This document shows positions 1-9,380 of a DNA stretch of 39,344 bases, piece after piece. This stretch comes from an uncultured Bacilli bacterium. Lineage in GTDB: Bacteria; Bacillota_I; Bacilli_A; RF39; UBA660. The stretch is from positions 1-39,344 of the forward strand of contig CALVOC010000002.1 in NCBI GenBank assembly GCA_944350145.1, read 5' to 3'. The notes beneath the pieces were generated by a model. That model was not told the DNA's origin. It saw nothing but the letters and a program-made list of their open reading frames with translations, and searched no databases. A program made the position numbers and the translations under genes. Numbering within the stretch: the first letter of the stretch is position 1; the number at the start of each line of letters is the position of its first letter.

Positions 1-23
1 AAGTTATCAACAACTTTTGCCAC

Positions 24-776
24 TTATTCACATATTTTTGTGATTTCTTCTACTTTGGGCTGTAAATAATAACATTTTAACTCTTTCTTTTTTATTTTAT
101 CATAAGTTCTCGGATATTTTTTTTCTGTTTCTTTTTCTTTTATAATGCTTAATAAAGTTCTTGTTCCTCCTAGATTTGGTAATTCAAATTTTTCTTTTTT
201 ATATATTTTGCAATGTAATATTTCCATTGTTTTTAATGAATTTTGAATTTCTTCATCGCTATTACCTTTCATGACTAGAAATTTTCCATTTACTTTAAGA
301 GCTGGAATATTTAATTCTAGTAAAATTCTTAAATCAGCAACTGCTCTAGAGGTTACAAAATCAAATTCTTCTCGATGAACTCTGGTAAAATCTTCTGCTC
401 TACTATATATAGTATGAACGTTTTGAAGTTGAAATTTTGAAATACATTCTTCTAAAAAAGTTATCTTTTTATTATTACTATCTAATAAAGTTATTTTTAA
501 ATTTGGAAAAACGATAGCTAAAACTAATCCTGGGAACCCTGCTCCTGTTCCAACGTCTAACAAAGTTCCTTGTTTTAAATCTGCTAGTTTTACTAAAGTA
601 AGTGAATCATAAAAATGTTTTAAAAACACTTCTTCTTCGGTTTTAATTGCTGTCAAATTGGTATGTTTGTTGTATTCTAACAAAAAGTCAGCATATTGTT
701 TTAGTTGTTCTTCCATTTTTTTGGTTAGTTCAATATTTAATTTTTTTATTTCTACTAAAAATTCTTCTCTATTCAT
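24..776 (-). CDS. rsmG: 16S rRNA (guanine527-N7)-methyltransferase RsmG (GidB)
   Basis: 250-aa ORF with SAM-binding motif LLDVGTGAGFPGL. It overlaps the mnmG stop and sits in the conserved mnmE-mnmG-rsmG origin cluster. Confidence 0.9.
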   Translation of the reverse strand: MNREEFLVEIKKLNIELTKKMEEQLKQYADFLLEYNKHTNLTAIKTEEEVFLKHFYDSLTLVKLADLKQGTLLDVGTGAGFPGLVLAIVFPNLKITLLDSNNKKITFLEECISKFQLQNVHTIYSRAEDFTRVHREEFDFVTSRAVADLRILLELNIPALKVNGKFLVMKGNSDEEIQNSLKTMEILHCKIYKKEKFELPNLGGTRTLLSIIKEKETEKKYPRTYDKIKKKELKCYYLQPKVEEITKICE

Positions 777-2634
777 TTTTATTATACTCTTTCTTTAGAT
801 AGACACTTAATATAGCAATGTCAGAAGGATTCACACCACTAATTCTTGCTGCTTGTCCCAAAGAAATTGGTCTTATTTTTTCTAACTTTTGACGTGCTTC
901 TGAAGCTAGATTTTTAACATTTTGATAGTTCATATCTTTAGGAATCATTTTTTCTTCTAGTTTTTTCATTTTTTCAACTTCTTTATACGTTTTTTTAATG
1001 TATCCTTCATACTTGATTTGTATTTCTAATTCTTCTTTAGTTTGATCATCTATTGGAATAGGAATGATTTTTTCTAAAAAATCCATTGTAATTTCTGGCC
1101 TTTTTAAAAGATTGTATAAAGATTCTGTAATATTCGGAACTTCTTTTTGATTGTTTTCAAATATTTCTTTAATTTCTGGTGTTATTTTTAATTTTGTTTC
1201 CTTTAAGTATTCTTCTCCTAATTGAATGTTTTTTTGACGATTTTGATAATTTTGATATTGTTTTTCTGTTATGCTACCGACTTGATGAGCATATTCTCTT
1301 AATCTTAAATCGGCATTATCATGACGGAGGATTAATCGAAATTCCGCACGAGAAGTTAACATACGATATGGTTCTTGTGTGCCTTTTGTTACTAAATCAT
1401 CAATTAAAACGCCGATGTATGCATCATTTCTTTTTAAAATAAGTGGATCTTTGCCTTCTAATTTTAAACTGGCATTAATCCCCGCCATTAATCCTTGTCC
1501 TGCTGCTTCTTCATAACCGCTTGTACCATTAATTTGACCGGCTGTATAAAGATTTTCAATTACTTTGGTTTCTAAAGATGGATATATTTGTAAAGGATCA
1601 ATAGCATCATATTCGATTGCATAGGCATATTTTGATATAACTGCATTTTCTAATCCGCTCAAACTATGAACCATTTTTTCTTGAATATCTCTCGGCATTG
1701 AAGTAGAAAATCCCTGTAGATACCATTCATCATAATAGAGACTTTCAGGTTCTAAGAAAAGTTGATGTCTTTCTTTATCTTTAAAACGAACTAATTTGTC
1801 TTCAATACTTGGACAATATCTTGGACCAATTCCAGTAACATACCCTCCATACATTGCAGATTTATCAAGATTATCTAATATAATTTTATGCGTATTTTCA
1901 TTGGTATAAATCAAGTAGCATTTTTGTTGTTCATTAATTTTATAAGTTGGTGGATTATCAAACGAAAATGTCCAATAGGTATTGTCGCCATACTCTGGTT
2001 GCATTTTAGAAAAATCTATAGATGAAGCTTTGATTCTTTGTGGTGTTCCCGTTTTTAATCTTTGAATTGTAAAGCCATATTTTTTTAAATTATCACTTAA
2101 GTAATTGCTCCTTTTTTCACCATGAGGACCAGATGGGGTATTTTCTGAGCCTATTAAAATATTGGCTTTTAAATAAGTTCCTGTTGTTAGGATTACTGCA
2201 TCTGCTAAAATTTTTTGACCGTCTTGTAAAACAACTCCTTTTACTTTATTTTTTTCTAAAATTAAATCTTCTACTGTTCCTTCTAAAATAGATAGATTAG
2301 GTGTATTTTCTAAAGCTTTTAGCATATTTTTTGGATAAGTAGTTTTGTCGGCTTGAGCTCTTAAAGAACGAACTGCTGGGCCTTTCGAATTATTTAGCAT
2401 TTTTATTTGAAAATGAGAAATATCCGCTACACGTCCCATAATTCCGCCTAGAGCATCAACTTCTCTAACGATAATTCCTTTAGCCGTTCCGCCAATGGAC
2501 GGATTACATGGCATATCTCCTATATTTTTTATATTCATTGTGATTAAAAGCGTTTTGTGTCCTTTAAAAGCAGCAATATGACTGGCTTCAATTCCAGCAT
2601 GACCGCCACCTACTACTATAATATCGTATTTCAT
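769..2634 (-). CDS. mnmG: tRNA uridine 5-carboxymethylaminomethyl modification enzyme MnmG (GidA)
   Basis: 621-aa ORF with N-terminal FAD fold IIVVGGGHAGIEAS and GidA-family length. Conserved position next to mnmE. Confidence 0.95.
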   Translation of the reverse strand: MKYDIIVVGGGHAGIEASHIAAFKGHKTLLITMNIKNIGDMPCNPSIGGTAKGIIVREVDALGGIMGRVADISHFQIKMLNNSKGPAVRSLRAQADKTTYPKNMLKALENTPNLSILEGTVEDLILEKNKVKGVVLQDGQKILADAVILTTGTYLKANILIGSENTPSGPHGEKRSNYLSDNLKKYGFTIQRLKTGTPQRIKASSIDFSKMQPEYGDNTYWTFSFDNPPTYKINEQQKCYLIYTNENTHKIILDNLDKSAMYGGYVTGIGPRYCPSIEDKLVRFKDKERHQLFLEPESLYYDEWYLQGFSTSMPRDIQEKMVHSLSGLENAVISKYAYAIEYDAIDPLQIYPSLETKVIENLYTAGQINGTSGYEEAAGQGLMAGINASLKLEGKDPLILKRNDAYIGVLIDDLVTKGTQEPYRMLTSRAEFRLILRHDNADLRLREYAHQVGSITEKQYQNYQNRQKNIQLGEEYLKETKLKITPEIKEIFENNQKEVPNITESLYNLLKRPEITMDFLEKIIPIPIDDQTKEELEIQIKYEGYIKKTYKEVEKMKKLEEKMIPKDMNYQNVKNLASEARQKLEKIRPISLGQAARISGVNPSDIAILSVYLKKEYNKNE

Positions 2635-2641
2635 TTTACCC

Positions 2642-3997
2642 CTACTTTCCTAAACAAAATCTTTTGAATATATTGTCTACTAATTCATCTTCATAAGCTT
2701 CTCCAATAATTTGACCTAAATTTTCCCAAGCTTCCCGAAGCTCTATCGCTAGCATATCTACAGGAATATCTTTTTTGTTTTCTTCTATTACATGGTCTAT
2801 GTTTTGAAGTGCTTGTTTTGCTAAAGATATCTGTCTTGTATTTGAAAGATATGTTAAATCTTTATAGCTCATGTCTTCTAATGAAAAAATGTTAATAATT
2901 TCTTGTTTTAATTCTTCTATTCCATTTTTAGTCAATGTACTTCCTTTAATAATTTTTTTTGAAGTCGCGAGGGTTTCTAATTTAGGTTCTAAATCAATTT
3001 TATTTATAAAAATGATTGCTTTTTGATTTTCAATAGATTTTAATAATTCTTTTTCTTCTTGAGTTAATGGTTCATTATTGTTTAATACTAAAATTGTAAT
3101 ATCGGCTTTTTGCTTCATTGCTAAACTTTTTTGAACTCCAATCTTTTCTACTATATCATTGGTTTCTCGGATTCCTGCTGTATCAATAAATTTTAGATTA
3201 ATTCCCTTATATAAAATCTCGCCTTCTACTATATCTCTCGTTGTTCCAGATATATCGGTTACAATTGCTTTATCCTCTTCAAGCAATGCATTTAAAAGGG
3301 AAGATTTACCAACATTTGGACGGCCAATAATTGCAATGGTAATGCCGTTTTTTATAAATTGACCATTTTGTGATTCTTCAACAATTTTTGTTAATTTATT
3401 CTTAATTTCTTTTAAAACTGGAGAGATATTTTCTTTGGTGATTTGAAGTTCATCAATGTATTCTGGATAATCAATATTCACTTCAATATTTGCAAGTAAT
3501 TCAACCATTTTTTCTCGTAATTCTTGAATTAAAGTTGTTGTTTTTCCACTTAATCCATTCATAGCCATTTTACGAGCATTTTCATTTTTTGCTTCTAATA
3601 AATCTTCAATACTTTCTGCTTCTAGTAAATTTATTCTTCCATTTAAAAAAGCACGTTTTGTAAATTCTCCTGGTTCTGCAGGTACAGCTCCATTATCATA
3701 TAATAATTCTAAAATTTTATTTGCGGTTATAGAACCTCCATGGCAATTAATTTCTACTACATCCTCTTTGGTATAGGTTTTTGGGGCTCTCATAAGCATG
3801 ACTAACACTTCATCTATTTTTTCTTTTTCAGTTGTTATAAATCCATAATGAATTGTGTGAGATGGTGCTTGAGAAAATTTTTTATTAGAAAATATTTTAG
3901 AAACAATGTCGACTGCCTCTGGGCCGCTTACTCTTATTATGTTAATTGCACCGATGCCAAGATTATTAGTTGAAATTGCTGCAATTGTAGTATTCAT
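2642..3997 (-). CDS. mnmE: tRNA modification GTPase MnmE (TrmE/ThdF)
   Basis: 451-aa ORF with G-domain motifs GRPNVGKSSLLNAL and DTAGIRET, and the characteristic C-terminal CLGK. Confidence 0.95.
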   Translation of the reverse strand: MNTTIAAISTNNLGIGAINIIRVSGPEAVDIVSKIFSNKKFSQAPSHTIHYGFITTEKEKIDEVLVMLMRAPKTYTKEDVVEINCHGGSITANKILELLYDNGAVPAEPGEFTKRAFLNGRINLLEAESIEDLLEAKNENARKMAMNGLSGKTTTLIQELREKMVELLANIEVNIDYPEYIDELQITKENISPVLKEIKNKLTKIVEESQNGQFIKNGITIAIIGRPNVGKSSLLNALLEEDKAIVTDISGTTRDIVEGEILYKGINLKFIDTAGIRETNDIVEKIGVQKSLAMKQKADITILVLNNNEPLTQEEKELLKSIENQKAIIFINKIDLEPKLETLATSKKIIKGSTLTKNGIEELKQEIINIFSLEDMSYKDLTYLSNTRQISLAKQALQNIDHVIEENKKDIPVDMLAIELREAWENLGQIIGEAYEDELVDNIFKRFCLGK

Positions 3998-4056
3998 AAC
4001 TTCACTTCCATTCGCGGGTATTATACCATTATTTTAAAAAGTTGTAAAAAAAAAAT

Positions 4057-4072
4057 TATTTCCCGGGAAATA
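4057..4072. promoter_or_regulatory. Noc-binding-site-like palindrome TATTTCCCGGGAAATA (perfect 16-mer), intergenic jag/mnmE
   Basis: Exact 16-bp palindrome read in the sequence. It is identical to the B. subtilis Noc-binding site (NBS) consensus, and CCCGGG is otherwise very rare in this AT-rich window. Confidence 0.6.
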
Positions 4073-4082
4073 AAAAAACAGA

Positions 4083-4679
4083 TTACTCTGCTTTTATTAT
4101 TACATGACGATGTGGTTCTTCTCCTTCACTTACCGTTGAAACCCCTTTAAAATTTGCTAATTTATTATGAATTATTCTTCGTTCATAAGAATTCATATCT
4201 TCTAAAACTGCATCCATTTTTGTCTCTCTTACCTCTTTAGCTGTTTTTATAGCTAATCTTTCTAAACTAGCAATTCTTTTTTCTTTATAATTTGCCACAT
4301 CTAAATTTAATTTTATGTGTATTTGCCAATCCAAATGAATTTTTGCTTTTACTAATGTTTCTAAAGCTTTTAATGTTTGTCCATTTTTTCCAATTAATAT
4401 CGGATTATTATTCGAATACATCGTAATATTAAAGATTTTTTCATCAAAACTTGCTTCAAATTGAACTTCTAAACCAAGATTTTCTATTACATCTTGTAAA
4501 TATTTTTTTATTTCTTCAAGAAGTTCTTGATAAGAAATCGCGGTTACTTGATAAGTTTTGCCTTTAAATAATTTTCCTTTTATTTCTTCGCTCTTATATA
4601 AAATTTTATCTGTGTGTAGAAGATTTTTGGTTTCTTCAACTGCTTCAATTAAAGTTTTGGCTTCAACTACGGTTGGCAT
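4083..4679 (-). CDS. jag: Jag/KhpB-type RNA-binding protein (Jag-N, KH and R3H domains)
   Basis: 198-aa ORF immediately downstream of yidC, as in spoIIIJ-jag operons. The C-terminal R3H-like region reads NSYERRIIHNKL. Confidence 0.85.
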   Translation of the reverse strand: MPTVVEAKTLIEAVEETKNLLHTDKILYKSEEIKGKLFKGKTYQVTAISYQELLEEIKKYLQDVIENLGLEVQFEASFDEKIFNITMYSNNNPILIGKNGQTLKALETLVKAKIHLDWQIHIKLNLDVANYKEKRIASLERLAIKTAKEVRETKMDAVLEDMNSYERRIIHNKLANFKGVSTVSEGEEPHRHVIIKAE

Positions 4680-4680
4680 T

Positions 4681-5715
4681 TTACTTCACTTCTTTCTTTT
4701 TTTTCTTTTCAGTTTTTTTTGACTTTTTTTCTTTATGCTTTATGTCTATTATATTTGGATCTTTTTGATCTTTGGCTAATATTTTTTTGATTATGTAATT
4801 TTGAATTACAGCAAATCCATTAATCACAATCCAATAAAATGCTATCGCTGTTGGTAAACTGAAAGAAGCTATCGAAATACTTATGATCATGAACATAAAC
4901 ATAAAGTTCATTTGTTTCATCATTTCATTATTTTGTCCTTGCTTCATAGTATTTTTAAAAGAAATATAAGTTGTTGCTACAATTAAGAAAATTAAAACTA
5001 TATATATATATTGTCCTTCGGCTAAGCCTTTCCAAGGTGTCATTCCTAAATGCATACCTAATAACTCGCCTTCAAAAATGGCTGGGACTTCATTAATTGC
5101 TGATAAAAATGCGAAAAACAATGGAATCTGAATTAAAGCAACTAAACATCCCGAAACTGGATTAATTTTATATTTTTGATAAACCATCATGGTTTCTTGA
5201 CTTTTAGCCATCATAGAATCACTATCTGTTCTTCCGGCATATTTTTTTTCAATTCTAGCTATTTCTGGTTGGGCTTTTTGTAGATTGCTTGATTGTCGCA
5301 TACTTTTTATTGATAAAGGCATTAAAATAACTCGAATTAATAACCCTACTACCATGACTGAAATACCGAAATTATTAAATAAAAATCCAAATTGTAAAAT
5401 AATAAAGGCTAATGGTCGAACTAAAACTGCTTGCCATAATCCGTCATATTTATTTGAAGTCAAATTAAAATCTTTACAAGTTGGTAATTCACTTACTGGT
5501 ACATCTAATTGATCTTGATGTTCTTCATAAATCCTGTATAATTCTGAATCTTTTTCTGGTTGACATAATATATTCTTTTGTACACTCTGGCCAGTAGCCT
5601 CATTTACTAAAATATTTCCATTTTCATCTTTTAAATAATCATCACTGCCACAGCCACTTGCTAAAAAAATCATTGCAATAACAATTAAAGCTAAGATCTT
5701 ATTTTGTTTTTTCAT
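4681..5715 (-). CDS. yidC: YidC/SpoIIIJ/Oxa1-family membrane protein insertase (lipoprotein)
   Basis: 344-aa ORF with lipobox LASGCGS, multiple TM segments and a lysine-rich C-terminal tail. Located between rnpA and jag. Confidence 0.9.
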   Translation of the reverse strand: MKKQNKILALIVIAMIFLASGCGSDDYLKDENGNILVNEATGQSVQKNILCQPEKDSELYRIYEEHQDQLDVPVSELPTCKDFNLTSNKYDGLWQAVLVRPLAFIILQFGFLFNNFGISVMVVGLLIRVILMPLSIKSMRQSSNLQKAQPEIARIEKKYAGRTDSDSMMAKSQETMMVYQKYKINPVSGCLVALIQIPLFFAFLSAINEVPAIFEGELLGMHLGMTPWKGLAEGQYIYIVLIFLIVATTYISFKNTMKQGQNNEMMKQMNFMFMFMIISISIASFSLPTAIAFYWIVINGFAVIQNYIIKKILAKDQKDPNIIDIKHKEKKSKKTEKKKKKEVK

Positions 5716-6043
5716 TTTCTCTCCTTTTTGATGTTAATTTTAAAAAGCTATTTCTCATTTCTTCAAATGATAAATTTTTTGTGCTTTCTTTCATTATTAT
5801 AATATAATCTTCATTGTACTTCAAATCTTTTTTCCACTCATCTAGAATCATTCGCATCCTTCTTTTTAGTTTATTTCTAGTAACGGCATTGCCTAATTTT
5901 TTTGAAACTGCTATACCAAAATGTGGATAGCTATATTTTCCTTTCCTTATATATATAGAAAAATCATGATTCTTAATATATTTTTCTTTTTGAATTATTT
6001 CGGTAAATTCTCGATGTGATTTAATCATTTCTATTTTTTTCAA
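5699..6043 (-). CDS. rnpA: Ribonuclease P protein component RnpA
   Basis: Basic protein containing GNAVTRNKLKRRMR (RNR-like motif). Start preferred at TTG 6043, which has GGAGGG 6 nt upstream. The ORF-track ATG at 6076 lies inside the rpmH terminator hairpin. Confidence 0.85.
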   Translation of the reverse strand: MKKIEMIKSHREFTEIIQKEKYIKNHDFSIYIRKGKYSYPHFGIAVSKKLGNAVTRNKLKRRMRMILDEWKKDLKYNEDYIIIMKESTKNLSFEEMRNSFLKLTSKRRENEKTK

Positions 6044-6061
6044 GGAATTCCCTCCTCCATA

Positions 6062-6087
6062 TAAAAAAAGCCACATAAAAGATGTGG
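6062..6087 (-). terminator. Rho-independent terminator/attenuator between rpmH and rnpA
   Basis: On the minus strand the hairpin is CCACAU-CUUUU-AUGUGG, followed by CUUUUUUUAU, directly after the rpmH stop. Confidence 0.5.
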
Positions 6088-6088
6088 T

Positions 6089-6211
6089 TTATTTACATAA
6101 TACTTTGCGTCCTTTTTTTCTTCTTCTTTTTAAAATATTTGATTCTTTACGAGCAAAAAAACCATGTTTCTTTGCTTTTTTTCTTTTATTAGGTTGATAA
6201 GTTCCGATCAT
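6089..6211 (-). CDS. rpmH: 50S ribosomal protein L34 (short, 40 aa)
   Basis: My own translation of the minus strand gives MIGTYQPNKRKKAKKHGFFARKESNILKRRRKKGRKVLCK, with GGAGGG 7 nt upstream. It is too short to appear in the ORF track. Position is the canonical rpmH-rnpA arrangement facing dnaA. Confidence 0.85.
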   Translation of the reverse strand: MIGTYQPNKRKKAKKHGFFARKESNILKRRRKKGRKVLCK

Positions 6212-6315
6212 GACAATTCCCTCCTTTTTCTAAAGCTCTCTTATTATAATATTAAAAACTAGGAAAAGTCAACAATTTATGGGTTTTCTCCTTAATAATC
6301 TAATATTTTTTTTTA

Positions 6316-6526
6316 TGTGAATAAGTATCCACATTTTAAAAGATGTTTTTTTTCTGTATTTTTGAGTTTTTTCTTTAGTTATACACCTATTCACATCATG
6401 TGGATAACTTTTTTCGACATTATCCACTAATTCACAATTTATTTTTTTGGCTATTGTGAATAATGTGGATAACTGCATTTTTTTCTTTATTTTTCAGCTA
6501 TTATTTTGTTGATAAGTTGTGAATAG
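6316..6526. promoter_or_regulatory. oriC part 1: DnaA-box cluster upstream of dnaA
   Basis: Perfect TGTGGATAA at 6399-6407 and 6464-6472. TGTGAATAA at 6316-6324 and 6455-6463. One-mismatch boxes at 6325-6333, 6420-6428, 6507-6515 and 6518-6526. Located in the rpmH-dnaA intergenic region. Confidence 0.85.
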
Positions 6527-6609
6527 TATGTTAATATACATTTTAGTCTTTTAAAAAGATTTAAAAAAGTGTAGAATATTGTTGACAAGTTTTAAAGCGG
6601 GGTGGTTTC

Positions 6610-8007
6610 ATGGGTGAAAATGATCTTTGGCAATCTGTATTAAATGAGATATATCCAGAAGTAAACTCGGCTTCTTTTCATGCTTGGTTTAATGACTTAA
6701 AACTGATAAAAATTCAGAATAATAAAGTGTTTATACAAGTACCTATGGAGATCCATAAGCGAATTTTAACCACTAATTATTATAATTTAATTGATGATGC
6801 TTTTTATAAAATTACAAATCATAATTATGAATTTGAGTTTTTGCTAAAAGAAGAAATTGAAGAGAAATTTGGTGAAGTAGAACAGAATGTGGATAATGTG
6901 GATAACTTATCTACTGCTATAGTTAAAGAAGAAAAACCAGTCGTTAGAGAAGAGGAAAAATGGGAATCAAATCTTATTAAAGAACTTAATTTTGATAATT
7001 ATATAGTAGGGGATTCTAATCGGCTCGCTAAAACGGCTGGCATGATTGTAGCAGAACATCCCGGTAAAGTTCATAATCCTTTATTTATATATGGAAAGAG
7101 CGGGCTAGGGAAGACTCATTTAATGCATGCGATTGGAAATTATATTGTTGAACACTCAAAAAAAAAGGTGTTATATACTACTAGTGAAATGTTTAAAGAC
7201 GATTATATTAATATTATTAATAATGAAAATAAGGGAAATAATATTCAAGTAGCTGCAGATTTTAAAAAGAAATATCGAGAAGTAGATGTATTAATTATTG
7301 ATGATATACAGTATCTTGTAGGTGCTGAAAAAACTCAACAAGAATTTTTTCATACTTTTAATGCTTTACATCAAGCAAATAAACAGATTATAATAAGTTC
7401 AGATCGAAGTCCAGATGATTTAAAACTCTTGGAGGAACGACTTCGAAGTCGATTTATGTGGGGATTACCTGTGGATATTTATCCACCAGATTTTGAACTT
7501 CGATGTAAGATTTTAAGAGCAAAAATTAAAAATATGTCGATTTCGACTAAGATTGAAGATAGTGTCATTGAGTATATTGCTAATAACTGTCAAAATGATG
7601 TTCGATTTTTGGAAGGAGCTTTAAATCGACTTATGGCTTATACAGCAATGATTGTGCCTGAAAAGGTAGATTTAAACTTTGCAATTGAAGCATTAGCTGA
7701 TTTTGTAAATCACAATATATACACAAGAAGCAGTATTGAAGGAATTCAAAAGGCTGTTGCAGATTACTATAAAATCACGATTGATGATTTAAAAGGAAAG
7801 AAGAGAAGTGCTAATATTGCTTATCCAAGACAAATTGCCATGTATTTATCACGAACTTTAACGGAAGAAAACTTAAATAGAATTGGTTTAGAATTTGGTG
7901 GAAGAGATCATTCAACAGTTATCCACGCTTGTGATAAAATTACTAGTGATTTAAAGACAAATAAGGCTCTGGAGCAACAATTAAAAGAAATACAAAATAA
8001 AATGTAA
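6610..8007 (+). CDS. dnaA: Chromosomal replication initiator protein DnaA
   Basis: 465-aa ORF with AAA+ Walker A GKSGLGKTHL, Walker B LIIDDIQ and a C-terminal DnaA-box-binding domain (GGRDHSTVIHA). Confidence 0.97.
   Translation: MGENDLWQSVLNEIYPEVNSASFHAWFNDLKLIKIQNNKVFIQVPMEIHKRILTTNYYNLIDDAFYKITNHNYEFEFLLKEEIEEKFGEVEQNVDNVDNLSTAIVKEEKPVVREEEKWESNLIKELNFDNYIVGDSNRLAKTAGMIVAEHPGKVHNPLFIYGKSGLGKTHLMHAIGNYIVEHSKKKVLYTTSEMFKDDYINIINNENKGNNIQVAADFKKKYREVDVLIIDDIQYLVGAEKTQQEFFHTFNALHQANKQIIISSDRSPDDLKLLEERLRSRFMWGLPVDIYPPDFELRCKILRAKIKNMSISTKIEDSVIEYIANNCQNDVRFLEGALNRLMAYTAMIVPEKVDLNFAIEALADFVNHNIYTRSSIEGIQKAVADYYKITIDDLKGKKRSANIAYPRQIAMYLSRTLTEENLNRIGLEFGGRDHSTVIHACDKITSDLKTNKALEQQLKEIQNKM
6888..6905 (+). 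promoter_or_regulatory. Two abutting perfect DnaA boxes (TGTGGATAATGTGGATAA) inside the dnaA CDS
   Basis: Read directly. They encode N-V-D-N-V-D-N in the low-complexity linker (domain II region) of DnaA. Confidence 0.55.
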
Positions 8008-8150
8008 TGTGCATAAGTTTTAGAAATGTTCATAGTTATCCACGATAAAATTCGGCATTTTTTCTATTATTTAAGGGATTTTTAAAAGTTATCCACATTA
8101 TCCACCGTATTAATAATATGAATATATAAATATAATAATAAGAAAGAGGG
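8008..8150. promoter_or_regulatory. oriC part 2: DnaA boxes plus AT-rich unwinding element (dnaA-dnaN intergenic)
   Basis: Boxes TGTGCATAA 8008-8016, TTATCCACG 8036-8044, TTATCCACA 8089-8097 and the abutting TTATCCACC 8098-8106. These are followed by a roughly 40-bp, almost pure A/T stretch (8107-8145) before the dnaN RBS. Confidence 0.8.
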
Positions 8151-8156
8151 AAAGTT

Positions 8157-9275
8157 ATGAAATTTGCAATTGATAAAAACATATTATTAGAAAATTTAAA
8201 TAATGTTATTCGAGGAATATCTACAAAAAACGTAATTCCTGTATTAAATGGTATAAAATTTGAATTAAAAGACACAGGGTTAACTTTAACTGCTAGTGAT
8301 AGTGAACTTACTATTGAATCTTTTATTGAAAGCAAGTTTATTCGTAATATTGAAAGTACAGGAACTATCATTATAAGTAGTAAGTATATTTTAGATATTA
8401 TTCGTAAAATGCCTAGTGATGTTATTAACTTTGAAATGATGGATAGTTTAAAAATTAAAATTTATTCTGATTTTAATCAATATAATTTAAATTGTTTGGA
8501 TCCAAGTGAATATCCTAGTATTAAGTTGATAAGTCATAAAGATCCTATTACTATAAAGGCTAATGTTTTGAAAGAACTAATTAATCAAACTTCTTTTGCT
8601 ATTTCAACTCAAGAGTTAAGACCTATTTTAACTGGTTTAAACATGAAAATTAATGGAGATATCTTTGAAGTTATTGCTACAGACTCTTATCGTTTAGCTA
8701 AAAAGAATATTAAATTAGATGTTCCTGTTGAAACAGATGTTAATATAGTTATTCCTGGTAAAAATATTACAGAATTAGAACATATCTTAGTAGATGATGA
8801 AGATGTTTATATGAATGTATTTAATAACCGAGTTTTATTTCAATATAAAAACATTAAGTTTCAAACTAATATTTTGTCTGGTAGCTATCCAAATACTTCA
8901 AATTTAATTCCAACTGAATTTGAAATAATTGTTCAAACTAAGAAAAGTGAATTTATGGGTGCAGTTGATCGTGCCGCTTTATTAACACAAGGAAAAGATA
9001 AAAATATTATTAAAATGAAAATTGAAAATAAAGAAATGATTATTAATTCTTATGCTTCTGAAATAGGTAAAACAGAGGAGAGAGTAGCAATTGATACAGA
9101 TGAAAAATCTAATATAGATATATCTTTTAGTGCTCGTTATATGATGGATGCTTTAAAAACTATTAAAGATGAAGATATTTTAATTCTTTTAAATAATGAT
9201 GTTAAACCTATAGTACTTAAATCTTTAACAGATGAAAGTTTAATCCAATTAATTTTACCAATTAAAACTTATTAA
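8157..9275 (+). CDS. dnaN: DNA polymerase III beta sliding clamp DnaN
   Basis: 372-aa ORF directly after dnaA with typical clamp length and N-terminus (MKFAIDKNILLENL). Confidence 0.95.
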   Translation: MKFAIDKNILLENLNNVIRGISTKNVIPVLNGIKFELKDTGLTLTASDSELTIESFIESKFIRNIESTGTIIISSKYILDIIRKMPSDVINFEMMDSLKIKIYSDFNQYNLNCLDPSEYPSIKLISHKDPITIKANVLKELINQTSFAISTQELRPILTGLNMKINGDIFEVIATDSYRLAKKNIKLDVPVETDVNIVIPGKNITELEHILVDDEDVYMNVFNNRVLFQYKNIKFQTNILSGSYPNTSNLIPTEFEIIVQTKKSEFMGAVDRAALLTQGKDKNIIKMKIENKEMIINSYASEIGKTEERVAIDTDEKSNIDISFSARYMMDALKTIKDEDILILLNNDVKPIVLKSLTDESLIQLILPIKTY

Positions 9276-9276
9276 G

Positions 9277-9299
9277 AGCTGTCAAATGACAGTTTTTTT
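9277..9299 (+). terminator. Weak rho-independent terminator after dnaN
   Basis: Hairpin AGCTGTC-AAAT-GACAGTT followed by a T7 run. Confidence 0.4.
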
Positions 9300-9380
9300 G
9301 TTGATCTTCTTTTTTCGACATATTTTCTCTTATAAATGTGATAGTCTAAAAACAATTTTTATGTAAGTGGGGGGAATTTT

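Noticed and set aside
1-23. Possible start of the next minus-strand gene (GTG GCA AAA GTT GTT GAT AAC...) immediately after the rsmG stop, where noc/parB would be expected
   Set aside because: Only 7 codons are visible and no RBS is recognisable, so it cannot be assigned.
6413-6419. TTCGACA (Spo0A 0A-box, reverse complement of TGTCGAA) abutting a DnaA box in oriC, with a second copy at 9314-9320 upstream of the comK-like gene
   Set aside because: By my rough estimate a 7-mer is expected several times by chance in this window. It is suggestive in the oriC context but not supportable from sequence alone.
6269-6478. 69-aa minus-strand ORF in the rpmH-dnaA intergenic region
   Set aside because: It overlaps the oriC DnaA-box cluster. 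Its peptide simply reflects translated DnaA boxes (SYPHDV, WILIHI), and it has no RBS.
9339-9351. AAAAACAATTTTT (AAAA-N5-TTTT AT-box) upstream of the comK-like gene as a ComK autoregulatory K-box
   Set aside because: A K-box needs two AT-boxes at defined spacing. I found only one, and such A/T patterns are expected by chance in roughly 70% A+T DNA.
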